From positions 608,001 to 672,000 of the forward strand of contig OZ253496.1 in NCBI GenBank assembly GCA_965262115.1: a DNA stretch of 64,000 bases, in the 5' to 3' direction. The DNA is from Nitrospinales bacterium (GTDB lineage Bacteria; Nitrospinota; Nitrospinia; Nitrospinales; VA-1). This document shows, in pieces, positions 20,973 to 30,510 of the stretch (positions are counted from its first letter, which is position 1; each line of letters opens with the position of its first letter). The notes under the pieces are model-generated. The model was not told the DNA's origin, did no database searches, and saw only the letters and a program-made list of their open reading frames with translations. Both the position numbers and the translations under genes were made by a program.

Positions 20973-22334
20973 TCAACCTTGTCGGCTTTCATCGGCAAGC
21001 ACCGCTCCTGAAGGCAGGACTAAAGTCTTTTTCAATCCTTGCAAATGAACCTTACCTTTGAGGCAAGCTGCTCCTTCAAATCGAACATCGCCATCTATCT
21101 TCAGTTCCTCCAAATCTACAAGTCCTGGAATGATAGAAAAAGCGTTTTGAAAATTTTCTATATCTTGCAGGAAGTCCCCCAGCTCTATTAGGGGTAATGG
21201 ATGGGACTTTCGGTCTCTAATTAACTTTCCATTGCTCAAGCTAAAAATGTTGGAACGGACCAACAGCAAATCATCCGTCTTTTTAACTGGCAAAAAACGC
21301 TCACGCGAAACAGTGAGACCTACCGCCCCCTCAAAGCATTCCAAACCCGAACCGATAGCTGTTTCAAGTTGAACAACAGGAATTTCTCCAACATTTTTCC
21401 GGTTCACCATCACACTTAATTCCAGAGGGCCTTTTTTTAGCCTGTTTTTCAGAGCCACCAGGTTTATCCAGATATTATTGGTATTAAAAACCTTGAATTT
21501 TTTCTGGTCACAAAACTCATCGACCTTATCATCGGGAACGCGGGCAATCTCCAACAACTTAAGCTTTCCATTCTGCTGATAAAGAGTACCGCCCTTAACA
21601 TCCGCTGGGGTTTTAGCTGTCATTTCCATTAAGAAAGGGATGTTGAATTCATCCATATAATTCAGGATGACAGGGTCCACAACCGCGCCGAGATTATCGG
21701 CATTGGAAATAAAAAGAATTTCCCTGCCCGCATCTATCAGCTTTTGTAAAATTCCCTGTTGCCAGACACATTGATAAAAGTCTCCATGCCCGGTAGGATA
21801 GTACGCCTGATCTCCCCACTTAGCAGGGGTGAGCGGACTCAGGCCATCTGAATGCAGGCGGGGAAATTTGTTTTGTTGAAAGCCTATTATTTCCGAAGAA
21901 AACCTCAAGGCACTCAAATGGTTCTGGGTTTCCTCATGCGTGTAGAAACTGTTCATCAAGAGGAGAGGGATTTTTTGATCCCAGTCCTGATTCAGGCTCT
22001 CGGTTTGTTCTAATATCAAATCCAGAAAGGATTTACTATCCCGCACCTCAACCAGAGACTTTGGTCCCACACAGCCCATGCTGGTACCCATGCCACCATT
22101 GAGCTTGCCCACAACAAGCTTTGATAATTGGCGCGCGGTCTGGGAATGTTCCGGGGAAGGCAGACTTGAAAAATCCAACAGGTTGCTGGAGTCGGGGGTC
22201 ATTATGGAACTCCAGTCCTGAACCTTAGACGGTCCATGGCGGAACTGGGCGATCATTTCCCAATAATTGCTTAATTGAGAACTTTCAAGTAATTTGCCCA
22301 ACTCATTCCATAAAGAATCTTCACTGTCTAACAT
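20973..22334 (-). CDS. UTP--glucose-1-phosphate uridylyltransferase, UDPGP (eukaryote-like) family
   Basis: KLNGGMGTSMGCVGPKS, LMNSFYT, GHGD, SNADNLGA, DVKGGTL, FNTNNIW, QLETAIG, RFLPVK. Confidence 0.9.
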   Translation of the reverse strand: MLDSEDSLWNELGKLLESSQLSNYWEMIAQFRHGPSKVQDWSSIMTPDSSNLLDFSSLPSPEHSQTARQLSKLVVGKLNGGMGTSMGCVGPKSLVEVRDSKSFLDLILEQTESLNQDWDQKIPLLLMNSFYTHEETQNHLSALRFSSEIIGFQQNKFPRLHSDGLSPLTPAKWGDQAYYPTGHGDFYQCVWQQGILQKLIDAGREILFISNADNLGAVVDPVILNYMDEFNIPFLMEMTAKTPADVKGGTLYQQNGKLKLLEIARVPDDKVDEFCDQKKFKVFNTNNIWINLVALKNRLKKGPLELSVMVNRKNVGEIPVVQLETAIGSGLECFEGAVGLTVSRERFLPVKKTDDLLLVRSNIFSLSNGKLIRDRKSHPLPLIELGDFLQDIENFQNAFSIIPGLVDLEELKIDGDVRFEGAACLKGKVHLQGLKKTLVLPSGAVLADESRQG

Positions 22335-22417
22335 ACTGGAATCCTAAAGCTGTTTTTTCGTGATAAACTTGCAAGGACTTGCTGCTTTTTTGCAAGTTGC
22401 TTTTAAAAGGCTTGTCC

Positions 22418-23017
22418 ATGCTGGTATTTAAAAAAAATATCCACAACACCTCTCACTCCCATCATCCTGAAAATGAGGCCCAGCAAAACCTGGATCCTTT
22501 TGCTTTTATTTTCAGGTCGCTGACCACCGACCGAGAAATCTTTTACGGACTACAACAGCTTCCTCAAGCAGAAGGTCGGGATCGCTTCAAGACTTTATTC
22601 CCTCATGTATCCAGATTTGGGTCCATTTCGCTGATCAACAGTTTCTCCCGGTCGCTCCTGGAAGGGCTGATCGACAAAAACCAGTGGCACTCCATGAATG
22701 CATATCATATGACATATCTGTTCGACAGCCTGCATGGTACTTTTGAGGACTACAGCTACTCGGAACCGGCGCAAAGGAAAGAAATATTTCCCGAGCTTCA
22801 CGGAGATGCTATTAATTTTGATCATTTCCTGGAAAATTATTTTTTTGGGACCGCATTTTTAATGGATGCCGAACGATTCAACAATATGCCGCCGGAAGAA
22901 AAGAAAGACCTGAAACTCACCGATCCCTGCCTGTTCGGGGTGATCAACAGGCTGATCCCTACTGAAGAAGAAGTTGTGCTTAAAAAAAGCCCGCAAACTC
23001 CCTACTCCCCTGAATAA
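22418..23017 (+). CDS. hypothetical protein, paralog of 23755..24363
   Basis: 200-codon ORF from ATG 22418; aligns by eye with 23755..24363. Confidence 0.75.
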   Translation: MLVFKKNIHNTSHSHHPENEAQQNLDPFAFIFRSLTTDREIFYGLQQLPQAEGRDRFKTLFPHVSRFGSISLINSFSRSLLEGLIDKNQWHSMNAYHMTYLFDSLHGTFEDYSYSEPAQRKEIFPELHGDAINFDHFLENYFFGTAFLMDAERFNNMPPEEKKDLKLTDPCLFGVINRLIPTEEEVVLKKSPQTPYSPE

Positions 23018-23040
23018 AAACCCTGCCGATAAGAAATGCG

Positions 23041-23622
23041 CTATTTCCCTAACTCCTCTTCCAGTTTCTGGATCAGAAGGCTGGAGTCCGGTGTCACCTC
23101 ACTCAAAAAACTGGCCACGGGCATTCCATTTTTACCAATCAGAAATTTATGGAAATTCCATTGCGCTTCATTTTTTCCTGGCACCCACTTTCCTTTTAAC
23201 CGGTATAATACCCATTTTACCAGCCCAAATATTTGCGACCGAAATCCCTCACCGCCTTGATTCTTCATGCCACAGTCATATAAATATTGGTAAAGATCAA
23301 GTTTTTGCGGACCCAGAACAGACACCTTACTGAAAAGATCAAACGTTACGTTAAAATTTTTCTGGCAAAAATTTTTGATCTCCTCGTCGGATCCGGGTTC
23401 CTGCACGCCAAAGTCATTAGAAGGAAAGGCCAGAATACTCAATCCCTGATCTCGGTATTGCTCATAGAGTTTTTGGAGCCCCGAATATTGAGGAGTGAAT
23501 CCACAATCCGAAGCCACATTGACAATCAGCAAAACCCTCCCCTGATATTTACTAAGCCCGGACACCCTCCCGGCAATGGATCGAGCTTCAAAGTCATAGA
23601 TGTTTTTATCTAAAAAGTTCAT
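23041..23622 (-). CDS. glutathione peroxidase family (Cys type)
   Basis: VNVASDCGFTPQY, LAFPSNDFGVQEPG, WNFHKFLI. Confidence 0.92.
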   Translation of the reverse strand: MNFLDKNIYDFEARSIAGRVSGLSKYQGRVLLIVNVASDCGFTPQYSGLQKLYEQYRDQGLSILAFPSNDFGVQEPGSDEEIKNFCQKNFNVTFDLFSKVSVLGPQKLDLYQYLYDCGMKNQGGEGFRSQIFGLVKWVLYRLKGKWVPGKNEAQWNFHKFLIGKNGMPVASFLSEVTPDSSLLIQKLEEELGK

Positions 23623-23754
23623 ATTCCAAACTTGGGTTTAGAAACCGAATTGGGTCCTGCAGTTCAGGTATAATATAGGGTGGTGAGAGCCGTAGAAATA
23701 GGGCTCCTTTAAATATAGCAGATTACTGAAAAAACCAAATAGCAAATTCGTCAA

Positions 23755-24363
23755 ATGCTCGTTTTCAAAAACAATATTTATGACACCTCGTCCCCTGGCA
23801 AACTGATTCCTTGCCCCGACTCAGACTACAATTCCTGTTTCGATCCCCGCCATTTTGTTGAAGTGGCACTCAATCAGGAAGAAGATGTCCTGTCATTCAT
23901 TGAACACCAGCCTCAAATGTACTGGAAAGAGGATTTCAAACAGTTTTATCCCCACGCAGGAAGAATCAATTCTTTGCACTCGCTTAAAGAGATCCTGAGA
24001 ATATTGCGGCTCGGATTAATCCAGGCCGCATGCTGGCAGCATATGAATACTTACCATTTTTGTTTTTTGTATGATGTGTTGGTGCGCTTTTCTTTTGACT
24101 ACAACCATGACAGTTTGCAGGAGAAGTCATCACACCTTCCTGAGTTGAAGGGCAAGCCTGTATATCTTGGAAATTTTGTCAGCAACTATTTCTTCAATAA
24201 ATCATTCCTGGTCGACCCCGAGCATTTTAATTCGCTTAAATCGGAGGATAAAGTCGTGTACGACTGCCCCTGCCTGTTTGGTGTGGTCAATGGCCTCATC
24301 CCGACACGGGAAGAAATGGCCCTTAAAGAATCCCAAAATTATCCTTACACGGTTTTTGTGTAA
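23755..24363 (+). CDS. hypothetical protein, paralog of 22418..23017
   Basis: Shared MLVFKxNI, WxxMNxYH, PELxG, NYFF, PCLFGVxNxLIPTxEE. Confidence 0.75.
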   Translation: MLVFKNNIYDTSSPGKLIPCPDSDYNSCFDPRHFVEVALNQEEDVLSFIEHQPQMYWKEDFKQFYPHAGRINSLHSLKEILRILRLGLIQAACWQHMNTYHFCFLYDVLVRFSFDYNHDSLQEKSSHLPELKGKPVYLGNFVSNYFFNKSFLVDPEHFNSLKSEDKVVYDCPCLFGVVNGLIPTREEMALKESQNYPYTVFV

Positions 24364-24500
24364 ATATATTCATACCCCTCTATTGAGGGGGATAGCTTGA
24401 ACTAGCAACCTCCAGCTAATCTAAAGAAAATCAGATCAAGTTTTAGATGGCCTTGTCGTCTGCAGGAGAAACCCATTGCTCCTTATCGCCCCAGTACAAG

Positions 24501-24529
24501 TTGACACCTGTCATGTTGCATATTACAAT
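24501..24529 (+). promoter_or_regulatory. higBA promoter with overlapping imperfect palindrome (operator)
   Basis: TTGACA, 17 nt spacer, TACAAT; palindrome TGTCAT...ATTACA; ATG 5 nt after the -10 box. Confidence 0.7.
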
Positions 24530-24534
24530 ACCAA

Positions 24535-24813
24535 ATGATTGAGAACTTCAGACACAAGGGTTTAAAAAAGCTCTACGAAAAAGGTGACAAAAGCCGATTG
24601 AGGCCGGACATTGCAAGCAAGGCAGAGCTTTATTTGTCGGTTCTTGACAGTGCTGAAACACTGAAGGAACTGGATATTATAGGATTCAGTTTTCACCCTC
24701 TTGCAGGCAACATGCGGGGTTTTTACAGTGTTTTTGTCTCGAGAAACCATCGAATTGTCTTCCGATTTGAAGATGGGAAAGCTTTTGATATTGATTTAGT
24801 GGATTACCATTAG
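24535..24813 (+). CDS. higB: HigB-like RelE/ParE toxin (plasmid maintenance killer family)
   Basis: MIENFRHKGLKKLY, FHPLAG, YSVFVSRNHRIVFRF, DLVDYH; toxin-first order. Confidence 0.9.
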   Translation: MIENFRHKGLKKLYEKGDKSRLRPDIASKAELYLSVLDSAETLKELDIIGFSFHPLAGNMRGFYSVFVSRNHRIVFRFEDGKAFDIDLVDYH

Positions 24814-24824
24814 GAGAAATTATT

Positions 24825-25118
24825 TTGGCAATGAAAAACCCTGTTCATCCGGGAAAAATGATAAAGCATTGCGTAGAATCTTCGGGATTGAATGTTACAG
24901 AAGCCGCAAAAGGCTTGGGTGTTACCCGGCAAACACTCTCGCGGGTGATCAATGGAAAAACCTCCTTATCAGCAGAAATGGCTATTCGCGCATCCAAGGC
25001 TTTCGGTAGCACACCAGAACATTGGCTTAGAATGCAAATAGCTTATGACATGGCCCGGATGCGCGATAAGGCGGCGGGAATAAAAGTCAAACGTTTCGCT
25101 TCTGCCACCGTTGCCTGA
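24825..25118 (+). CDS. higA: HigA-family antitoxin (HTH-XRE)
   Basis: NPVHPG, AAKGLGVTRQTLSRVING, LSAEMAIR, PEHWLRMQIAYD. Confidence 0.92.
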   Translation: MAMKNPVHPGKMIKHCVESSGLNVTEAAKGLGVTRQTLSRVINGKTSLSAEMAIRASKAFGSTPEHWLRMQIAYDMARMRDKAAGIKVKRFASATVA

Positions 25119-25191
25119 CAGAATTTACCACAAGCCATTTCCAATGTTGCAGGGTCGGTAAACGGGTACGCCAAGAGTACAACTTGCTAAA

Positions 25192-25850
25192 TCATTCAAT
25201 GCTCACTTTGCCATCCAGAAAAGCATTTGCACATTCATAGTGCCAGTTGGTTTTTGTTCGAGTGGGATAACATTTTGGCGTAAATCCGGCAGGTAATTCT
25301 GGACGAATAGCAGAATTATAAAATACAGTTTTCCGACACTTTATATTTTCCATTAAAGAACAGAAAAGAGAAATATAGTCCCTCCCTCCAAAAAAAACAA
25401 CATCTTCGTTCGGATCGTCAGGCATCATGCAAAAATCTTCGTATTGGTCTCTTTTCTTCCAGCGCTTATAAGGCTTGGCACTTAGGGAAAACGTAATATC
25501 ATATTTTGGTGTCAGAAAATCAGATTTGATCAATCCCCACCCCGCCGAGAGAATATATATTTGGTCTGTTCCAAGCTTGTTAACAAGTCTCTCATAAATG
25601 GGGTTTATATAGACCTTATATGCTTGGTAGAAACTTAATGCATTACCTTTTTCTTGGGCGTTGTATTCCCAAAGCAGTTCTCTCCAAGACTTTCCATGCC
25701 CGGATGGGTCATCAGGCCGGACATAAACCTGATTGCAGTCAAAAGGAGCTCTTTCAGGGTTTGCTACAAAAATAACAGGTTTCCATCCTTTGACAGGAAG
25801 GAGCCCATTTCGAGGCACTTTTTTGCGGCACATTGCATAACAATCTTCAT
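25192..25850 (-). pseudogene. DUF6884/YaaA-like hypothetical gene, frameshifted at about 25781
   Basis: ATG 25850 reads MKIVMQCAAKK...SKDG; adding one A gives KPVIFVANPE, which continues in the ORF with IYILSAGWGLI...YDITF. Confidence 0.55.
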
Positions 25851-26545
25851 CAGGGCTTTTCCGTCTCAGACACAAGAAATTCCAGCTTGTCGAGAAAAGC
25901 TGGATCATAATCTTCATCAACATGGTTCTGGTTCCATAAGCATGAATTCCCGACCCGCTCGCGATTACATTTCTAGCCCAGCCAATTTTGAGAAGGAGGA
26001 TCGAGAGATTGCTTGTTCTGATTACTGAGTAAGGCAATAGAATTCCTTTCAATGTATCCGCGCAGACTATCAGGACCGGAATCATCTTTGATAGCAAGCC
26101 AGAGGAAAGACATGTTGCCAATAACCTGGCTGACTTCCTTTTCCAATGGCTGTTCAGTTTTTTTGGTAGCATGCTTGGCGATACCCCAGCTTGGGAATTT
26201 ATAGCCGTTTTTTTCTACCAAAGCTATGCCGACAAGTAGCCTAAATATAGATATTCTATGATTTCCGCCACCTGTTTTTGCCGTACCTTTGTGCTGTGAT
26301 AAGCGGTTCCACAATTTGGTACGCGAACCCGTTTTGAGGGCATGGGTTCCAACCCGGACAATTCGCAAACCTTCTCCGGTGTCCTCTCTAATTTCGCCGG
26401 GTTCCTTAAAAAAATAAACTCCTCTTTCCGACCATTCCATGCGCCCATGATAATCGGCCAATTTGCGCTCCCCTCCAATATTTTTTTTAAGCTGCTCCAG
26501 GATAGAATAAAACCTGCGCAAGTCTTTTATTCTCTTATTCGACAT
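25850..26545 (-). pseudogene. GIY-YIG-like hypothetical nuclease gene with in-frame TAG at 25973-25975
   Basis: GVYFF...IVRVGTH...LWNRLSQH; the frame stays open 40 codons past the TAG, to a TGA overlapping the next ATG (TGATG). Confidence 0.55.
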
Positions 26546-26646
26546 ATTCCAATGATTCTTACGATAGTATTTCAACAAAATGTTAATCTAGGATAACATT
26601 GATTAAAGTAAAAATTTATTAGCTTTGCAGTATAAGGAGGACTTCG

Positions 26647-28191
26647 TTGCGCCCAGTCGTTACAGCAAAACAGATGCAGGCTATCGATCAGCAGGCGATT
26701 GATGGATTTGCCATTCCCGGTATCACCCTCATGGAAAACGCCGGGATTGGAGTTGTTCAGGAATTGCAAAAGCGTTTTCCCGATCTGCCTCAAAAAAAGG
26801 TATTCATATTTTGCGGCAAGGGTAATAACGGAGGGGATGGCTTTGTCATTGCCCGGCATTTAAGTAACCTGGGGTCCAAAGTTACCGTCCTGTTATCCGG
26901 AAAATGGTCGGAGCTGAAAGGAGATGCTGCAATCAACGCCAACTCTGCCAAAAATATCGGAATTCAGGTTGATGAACTAGACTCTGCACATTTGAACCGC
27001 CACGATCATAAACTGCGCCATTGCGATATCATCATAGATGCCGTGTTCGGGACCGGACTGAATAAACCCGCCTCAGGCTTCATGGAAAAAGTCATCGATA
27101 AAATCAACCGGTTCGAAAAGTTTGTGGTCTCGGTGGATATCAATTCCGGGGTGGACTCCGATAGCGGCCAGTTGATGGGGCCGCATGTCAAATCTGACCT
27201 GACCCTTGCCCTCGCCTGCTACAAGCAAAGCCATTTGCTCCACCCGTCAGCCGGGGTCATGAAAGAAATCCAGCTCATTGATATTGGAATCCCGGCACAA
27301 GCCTGTGAAAGTCAGAATATTCAGGTCCATCAGTCGGAAGAGGAGGACATAAAATCTTATTTCCAAAAACGCCACCCCAATTCCCACAAAGGCGATTATG
27401 GTCATGTTCTGGTGCTTGCCGGGTCGAGAGGCAAAAGCGGTGCCGCAGGGTTGACGGCTCTCGCTGTTCTACGGGCCGGAGCCGGTTTATGCACACTCGC
27501 GCTTCCCGGCTCCAGCCAGAAGGCGGTTTATCCTATGGAAGTGATGACCATCCCACTACCTGAAACTACCAGCGGCACATTATCCTTGAAGGCAAAAGAA
27601 TCCATTCTGAATCTTCTCGAGGGTAAGGCAGCGTTAGCTGTAGGACCAGGAATCTCCACCGATCCGGAAACGGTTGCTTTGATCGGTGAGACACTGCCGC
27701 AGATTCAGTGCCCACTAGTGCTGGATGCGGATGCTCTAAACGCGTTATCGTTGCATAAGGATTGGCTGGGAAAGTTGAAACCCGAAACCGTTCTCACCCC
27801 ACATCCGAAAGAAATGTCCCGTTTAACCGGAGTGCCAACTGAAGAAATTCAAAGAAATCGCATTGCCACAGCGTCTAAATTTGCCCGCGATCATTCCTTG
27901 ACCCTGATCTTAAAAGGTTCTCCAAGCCTGATTGCATTGGCCGATGGATCACTGGTTATCAATCCCACAGGCAATGCCGGCATGGCAACCGGTGGGTCGG
28001 GAGACGTTTTAACCGGAATCATTGCAGGGTTAATGGCTCAGGGTTTTTCCACCGCACAGGCTTCCGTTGCGGGAGCTTATATACACGGCGAGGCAGGAGA
28101 TTATTTTGCCAAAAGTGAAAGCCAAACCACTTTGATCGCGGGAGATTTATTAAGATGCCTGCCGGAAACCCTGAAATGCATACTTCCCTGA
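26647..28191 (+). CDS. nnr: bifunctional NAD(P)H-hydrate epimerase/dehydratase
   Basis: LMENAG, GKGNNGGDG, DAVFGTG, HKGDYG, DADAL, TPHPKEM, TGGSGDVL. Confidence 0.95.
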   Translation: MRPVVTAKQMQAIDQQAIDGFAIPGITLMENAGIGVVQELQKRFPDLPQKKVFIFCGKGNNGGDGFVIARHLSNLGSKVTVLLSGKWSELKGDAAINANSAKNIGIQVDELDSAHLNRHDHKLRHCDIIIDAVFGTGLNKPASGFMEKVIDKINRFEKFVVSVDINSGVDSDSGQLMGPHVKSDLTLALACYKQSHLLHPSAGVMKEIQLIDIGIPAQACESQNIQVHQSEEEDIKSYFQKRHPNSHKGDYGHVLVLAGSRGKSGAAGLTALAVLRAGAGLCTLALPGSSQKAVYPMEVMTIPLPETTSGTLSLKAKESILNLLEGKAALAVGPGISTDPETVALIGETLPQIQCPLVLDADALNALSLHKDWLGKLKPETVLTPHPKEMSRLTGVPTEEIQRNRIATASKFARDHSLTLILKGSPSLIALADGSLVINPTGNAGMATGGSGDVLTGIIAGLMAQGFSTAQASVAGAYIHGEAGDYFAKSESQTTLIAGDLLRCLPETLKCILP

Positions 28192-28199
28192 TATGAAAA

Positions 28200-28682
28200 A
28201 TGAAAAAAATATCCCACAGTCCTGAAGAAACTTTACAACTGGGAAAATCTCTCGGCAGTTCATTGATCGCCGGAGACATTGTTCTTCTATTTGGGGACCT
28301 CGGCGCAGGCAAAACCCACCTGACCCAGGGAATCTGTTACGGTTTGGAACTGCACAAGGATTCCTATATTCGCAGTCCAACATTCACACTGATCAACGAA
28401 TACCTGGGCCGCCTTCCTATTTACCATATCGATCTATACCGGATCGAGAACCAGGAAGAAATCTATTCTCTGGGCCTTGAGGAAATTTTATTTAACCAGG
28501 GAGTGACCGTCATTGAATGGGCAGAAAAACTACGCTTGCCCAAAAACCCTGAAAATCTCATCCTGAACATTCAAGATCGAATAGAAATTAATATAAAAAT
28601 TATCAGCGACTCCGAACGTGAATTCACCTTCCATTCGTTTTTCCCGGAACCCCGATCCCTCCCTATTTTTACTTTACTTTAA
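28200..28682 (+). CDS. tsaE: tRNA threonylcarbamoyladenosine biosynthesis ATPase
   Basis: GDLGAGKT, SPTFTLINEY, HIDLYR, IEWAE. Confidence 0.95.
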   Translation: MKKISHSPEETLQLGKSLGSSLIAGDIVLLFGDLGAGKTHLTQGICYGLELHKDSYIRSPTFTLINEYLGRLPIYHIDLYRIENQEEIYSLGLEEILFNQGVTVIEWAEKLRLPKNPENLILNIQDRIEINIKIISDSEREFTFHSFFPEPRSLPIFTLL

Positions 28683-28709
28683 AGACCCCCTATGTCATGA
28701 TTGGATTTA

Positions 28710-28725
28710 TGGTATGCCATTTGCA
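28710..28725 (+). promoter_or_regulatory. candidate sigma54 (-24/-12) promoter upstream of lptC-lptA-lptB-rpoN
   Basis: TGGTATGCCATTTGCA = GG-N10-GC, 35 nt before the lptC ATG. Confidence 0.5.
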
Positions 28726-28759
28726 TAAATTTTTAATGTATTATAAATTAAACATTTAA

Positions 28760-29185
28760 ATGATTAATACGGTCAGGAGAGCTTTACTATTAGTGGCCTT
28801 CAGCGTAATAGGAATGGCAGGTTTTTACTTTTTCAAAACCCTGGGTAATTCTGTTGAAATGGAGAACATCAAAATCAAGGTGATGGAAAAAGGAGTCGAT
28901 GTCGAAATTGAGAATTTCAAGATAATCCACGAAAATAAAGGGGTTAAGGAGTGGGAACTCAAAGCAGATTTAGCGCAAATCGACAATCGGAAAAATTTAA
29001 CAAAGTTACAGAATGTGGAAATGATTCTCCACAAGGGAGAAAACAGGCAATACATCATTTCTGCTGATTTTGGTATCTATAAAAGCAAAACCGATGATGT
29101 GAGTCTGGACGGCAATGTAAAGCTTGTGAGCTCCGCAGAAGGATTAAAGCAAAGGCTCAGCATCAACTCCGAGAAAAGCAACTAA
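28760..29185 (+). CDS. lptC: LPS export protein LptC-like
   Basis: N-terminal TM, WELKADLA, GNVKL; lies before lptA/lptB. Confidence 0.7.
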   Translation: MINTVRRALLLVAFSVIGMAGFYFFKTLGNSVEMENIKIKVMEKGVDVEIENFKIIHENKGVKEWELKADLAQIDNRKNLTKLQNVEMILHKGENRQYIISADFGIYKSKTDDVSLDGNVKLVSSAEGLKQRLSINSEKSN

Positions 29186-29201
29186 AAACAAATGGAACAG
29201 A

Positions 29202-29765
29202 ATGAAGAATAAAAGCTTAGAAACCGGACTTATTTTTCTTGTCACCTGGGTATTGATGGCTATACCTAGCGTGGCTCAAAGCCAGAGCTCGCAAAAATCC
29301 AAGCAGGACAAGGAGCCTATAGAAATCACCTCCGACCGAATGCGGTCTGAAGATGGGGGGGTGAAAATCATATTTTCCGGGAATGTCGTGAGTTACAAGG
29401 GTGACTTGAAAATCACTTCTGACATCATGGAGGTCTACAATTCTCCAGATAAAAAAGAAACAGATGAGATTGTAGCCATCGGCAATGTTTTTATTACCCA
29501 GGGGGGGAAAAGAGCTTCGGGAGACCGGGCAGTTTTTTTGGATAAATTGCAAAAAATTATTTTAACGGGTACTCCCAAGGCCACTGCATGGGAAGATGGA
29601 AATATGATTGAAGGTCGGGAAATGATTTTACTTTTGGATAAAGACCGGTTTGTAGTCAATGAAAGAGTACGCATGAAGATTTATCCAAAAGATAAAGAAA
29701 CCAAGAAAACCCCGAAAAAAAAATCTAAGCTAAACAATAAAAACCAACTTTCCTCTCCCAAATAA
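29202..29765 (+). CDS. lptA: LPS transport periplasmic protein LptA/OstA
   Basis: Signal peptide, [22 protein letters not shown]; synteny. Confidence 0.82.
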   Translation: MKNKSLETGLIFLVTWVLMAIPSVAQSQSSQKSKQDKEPIEITSDRMRSEDGGVKIIFSGNVVSYKGDLKITSDIMEVYNSPDKKETDEIVAIGNVFITQGGKRASGDRAVFLDKLQKIILTGTPKATAWEDGNMIEGREMILLLDKDRFVVNERVRMKIYPKDKETKKTPKKKSKLNNKNQLSSPK

Positions 29766-29770
29766 AAAAA

Positions 29771-30493
29771 GTGGCTGGCCTGAGAACTGAAAACCTTGTC
29801 AAGGCATACCGGACTCGAAAAGTAGTCAACAATGTAAGTATTGAAGTCAATCAAGGCGAAATTGTCGGCCTCCTGGGTCCAAATGGTGCCGGAAAAACCA
29901 CTACTTTTTACATGGTTGTGGGGCTGACTCGCCCGGATAACGGTAAAGTTTTATTAAACGAGGAAGATGTCACCTGTTTTCCCATGCACCAGCGCGCCAA
30001 AAAAGGGGTGAGTTATTTGCCGCAGGAGCCTTCGGTGTTCAGAAAATTGACAGTGGAAGAGAATATCATCGCGGTACTGGAATCTCAGAAGCTCTCAAGT
30101 TTTGACCGCAAAAAAAAGGCCCGTGCGCTGCTTCGGGAACTCAACATCCTCCATATAAAAGACTCCAAAGCTTATTCGCTTTCAGGTGGAGAACGAAGAC
30201 GGGTGGAGATCAGTCGAGCTTTGGCAACGTCTCCAGTGTTTATTCTCCTGGACGAACCCTTTGCCGGCATCGACCCTATCGCTGTGGAGGATATTCAATC
30301 CATAATATCGCAGTTGAAAAAAAAGGGTATTGGAGTTTTGATCACCGATCACAATGTGCGGGAAACTTTAAGCATTACTGATCGTGCCTACATTATCAAC
30401 GAGGGCAAAATCATCGCGTCAGGCAAACCGATGGATGTTGCCCATGATGAAAAAGTGAAACAGATTTATCTGGGCAACCAGTTTTCATTCTGA
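29771..30493 (+). CDS. lptB: LPS export ABC transporter ATP-binding protein
   Basis: [50 protein letters not shown]. Confidence 0.96.
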   Translation: MAGLRTENLVKAYRTRKVVNNVSIEVNQGEIVGLLGPNGAGKTTTFYMVVGLTRPDNGKVLLNEEDVTCFPMHQRAKKGVSYLPQEPSVFRKLTVEENIIAVLESQKLSSFDRKKKARALLRELNILHIKDSKAYSLSGGERRRVEISRALATSPVFILLDEPFAGIDPIAVEDIQSIISQLKKKGIGVLITDHNVRETLSITDRAYIINEGKIIASGKPMDVAHDEKVKQIYLGNQFSF

Positions 30494-30510
30494 GCCGGGA
30501 GTAAACATAT

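Noticed and set aside
25973..25975. Stop-codon recoding (pyrrolysine or alternative code) at the in-frame TAG
   Set aside because: TAG ends ordinary genes here (e.g. kdsB, higB), and the partner gene is also broken
25851..26172. N-terminal part of the 326-aa ORF 25192..26172
   Set aside because: Out-of-frame overlap with the upstream gene; the probable start is ATG 25850
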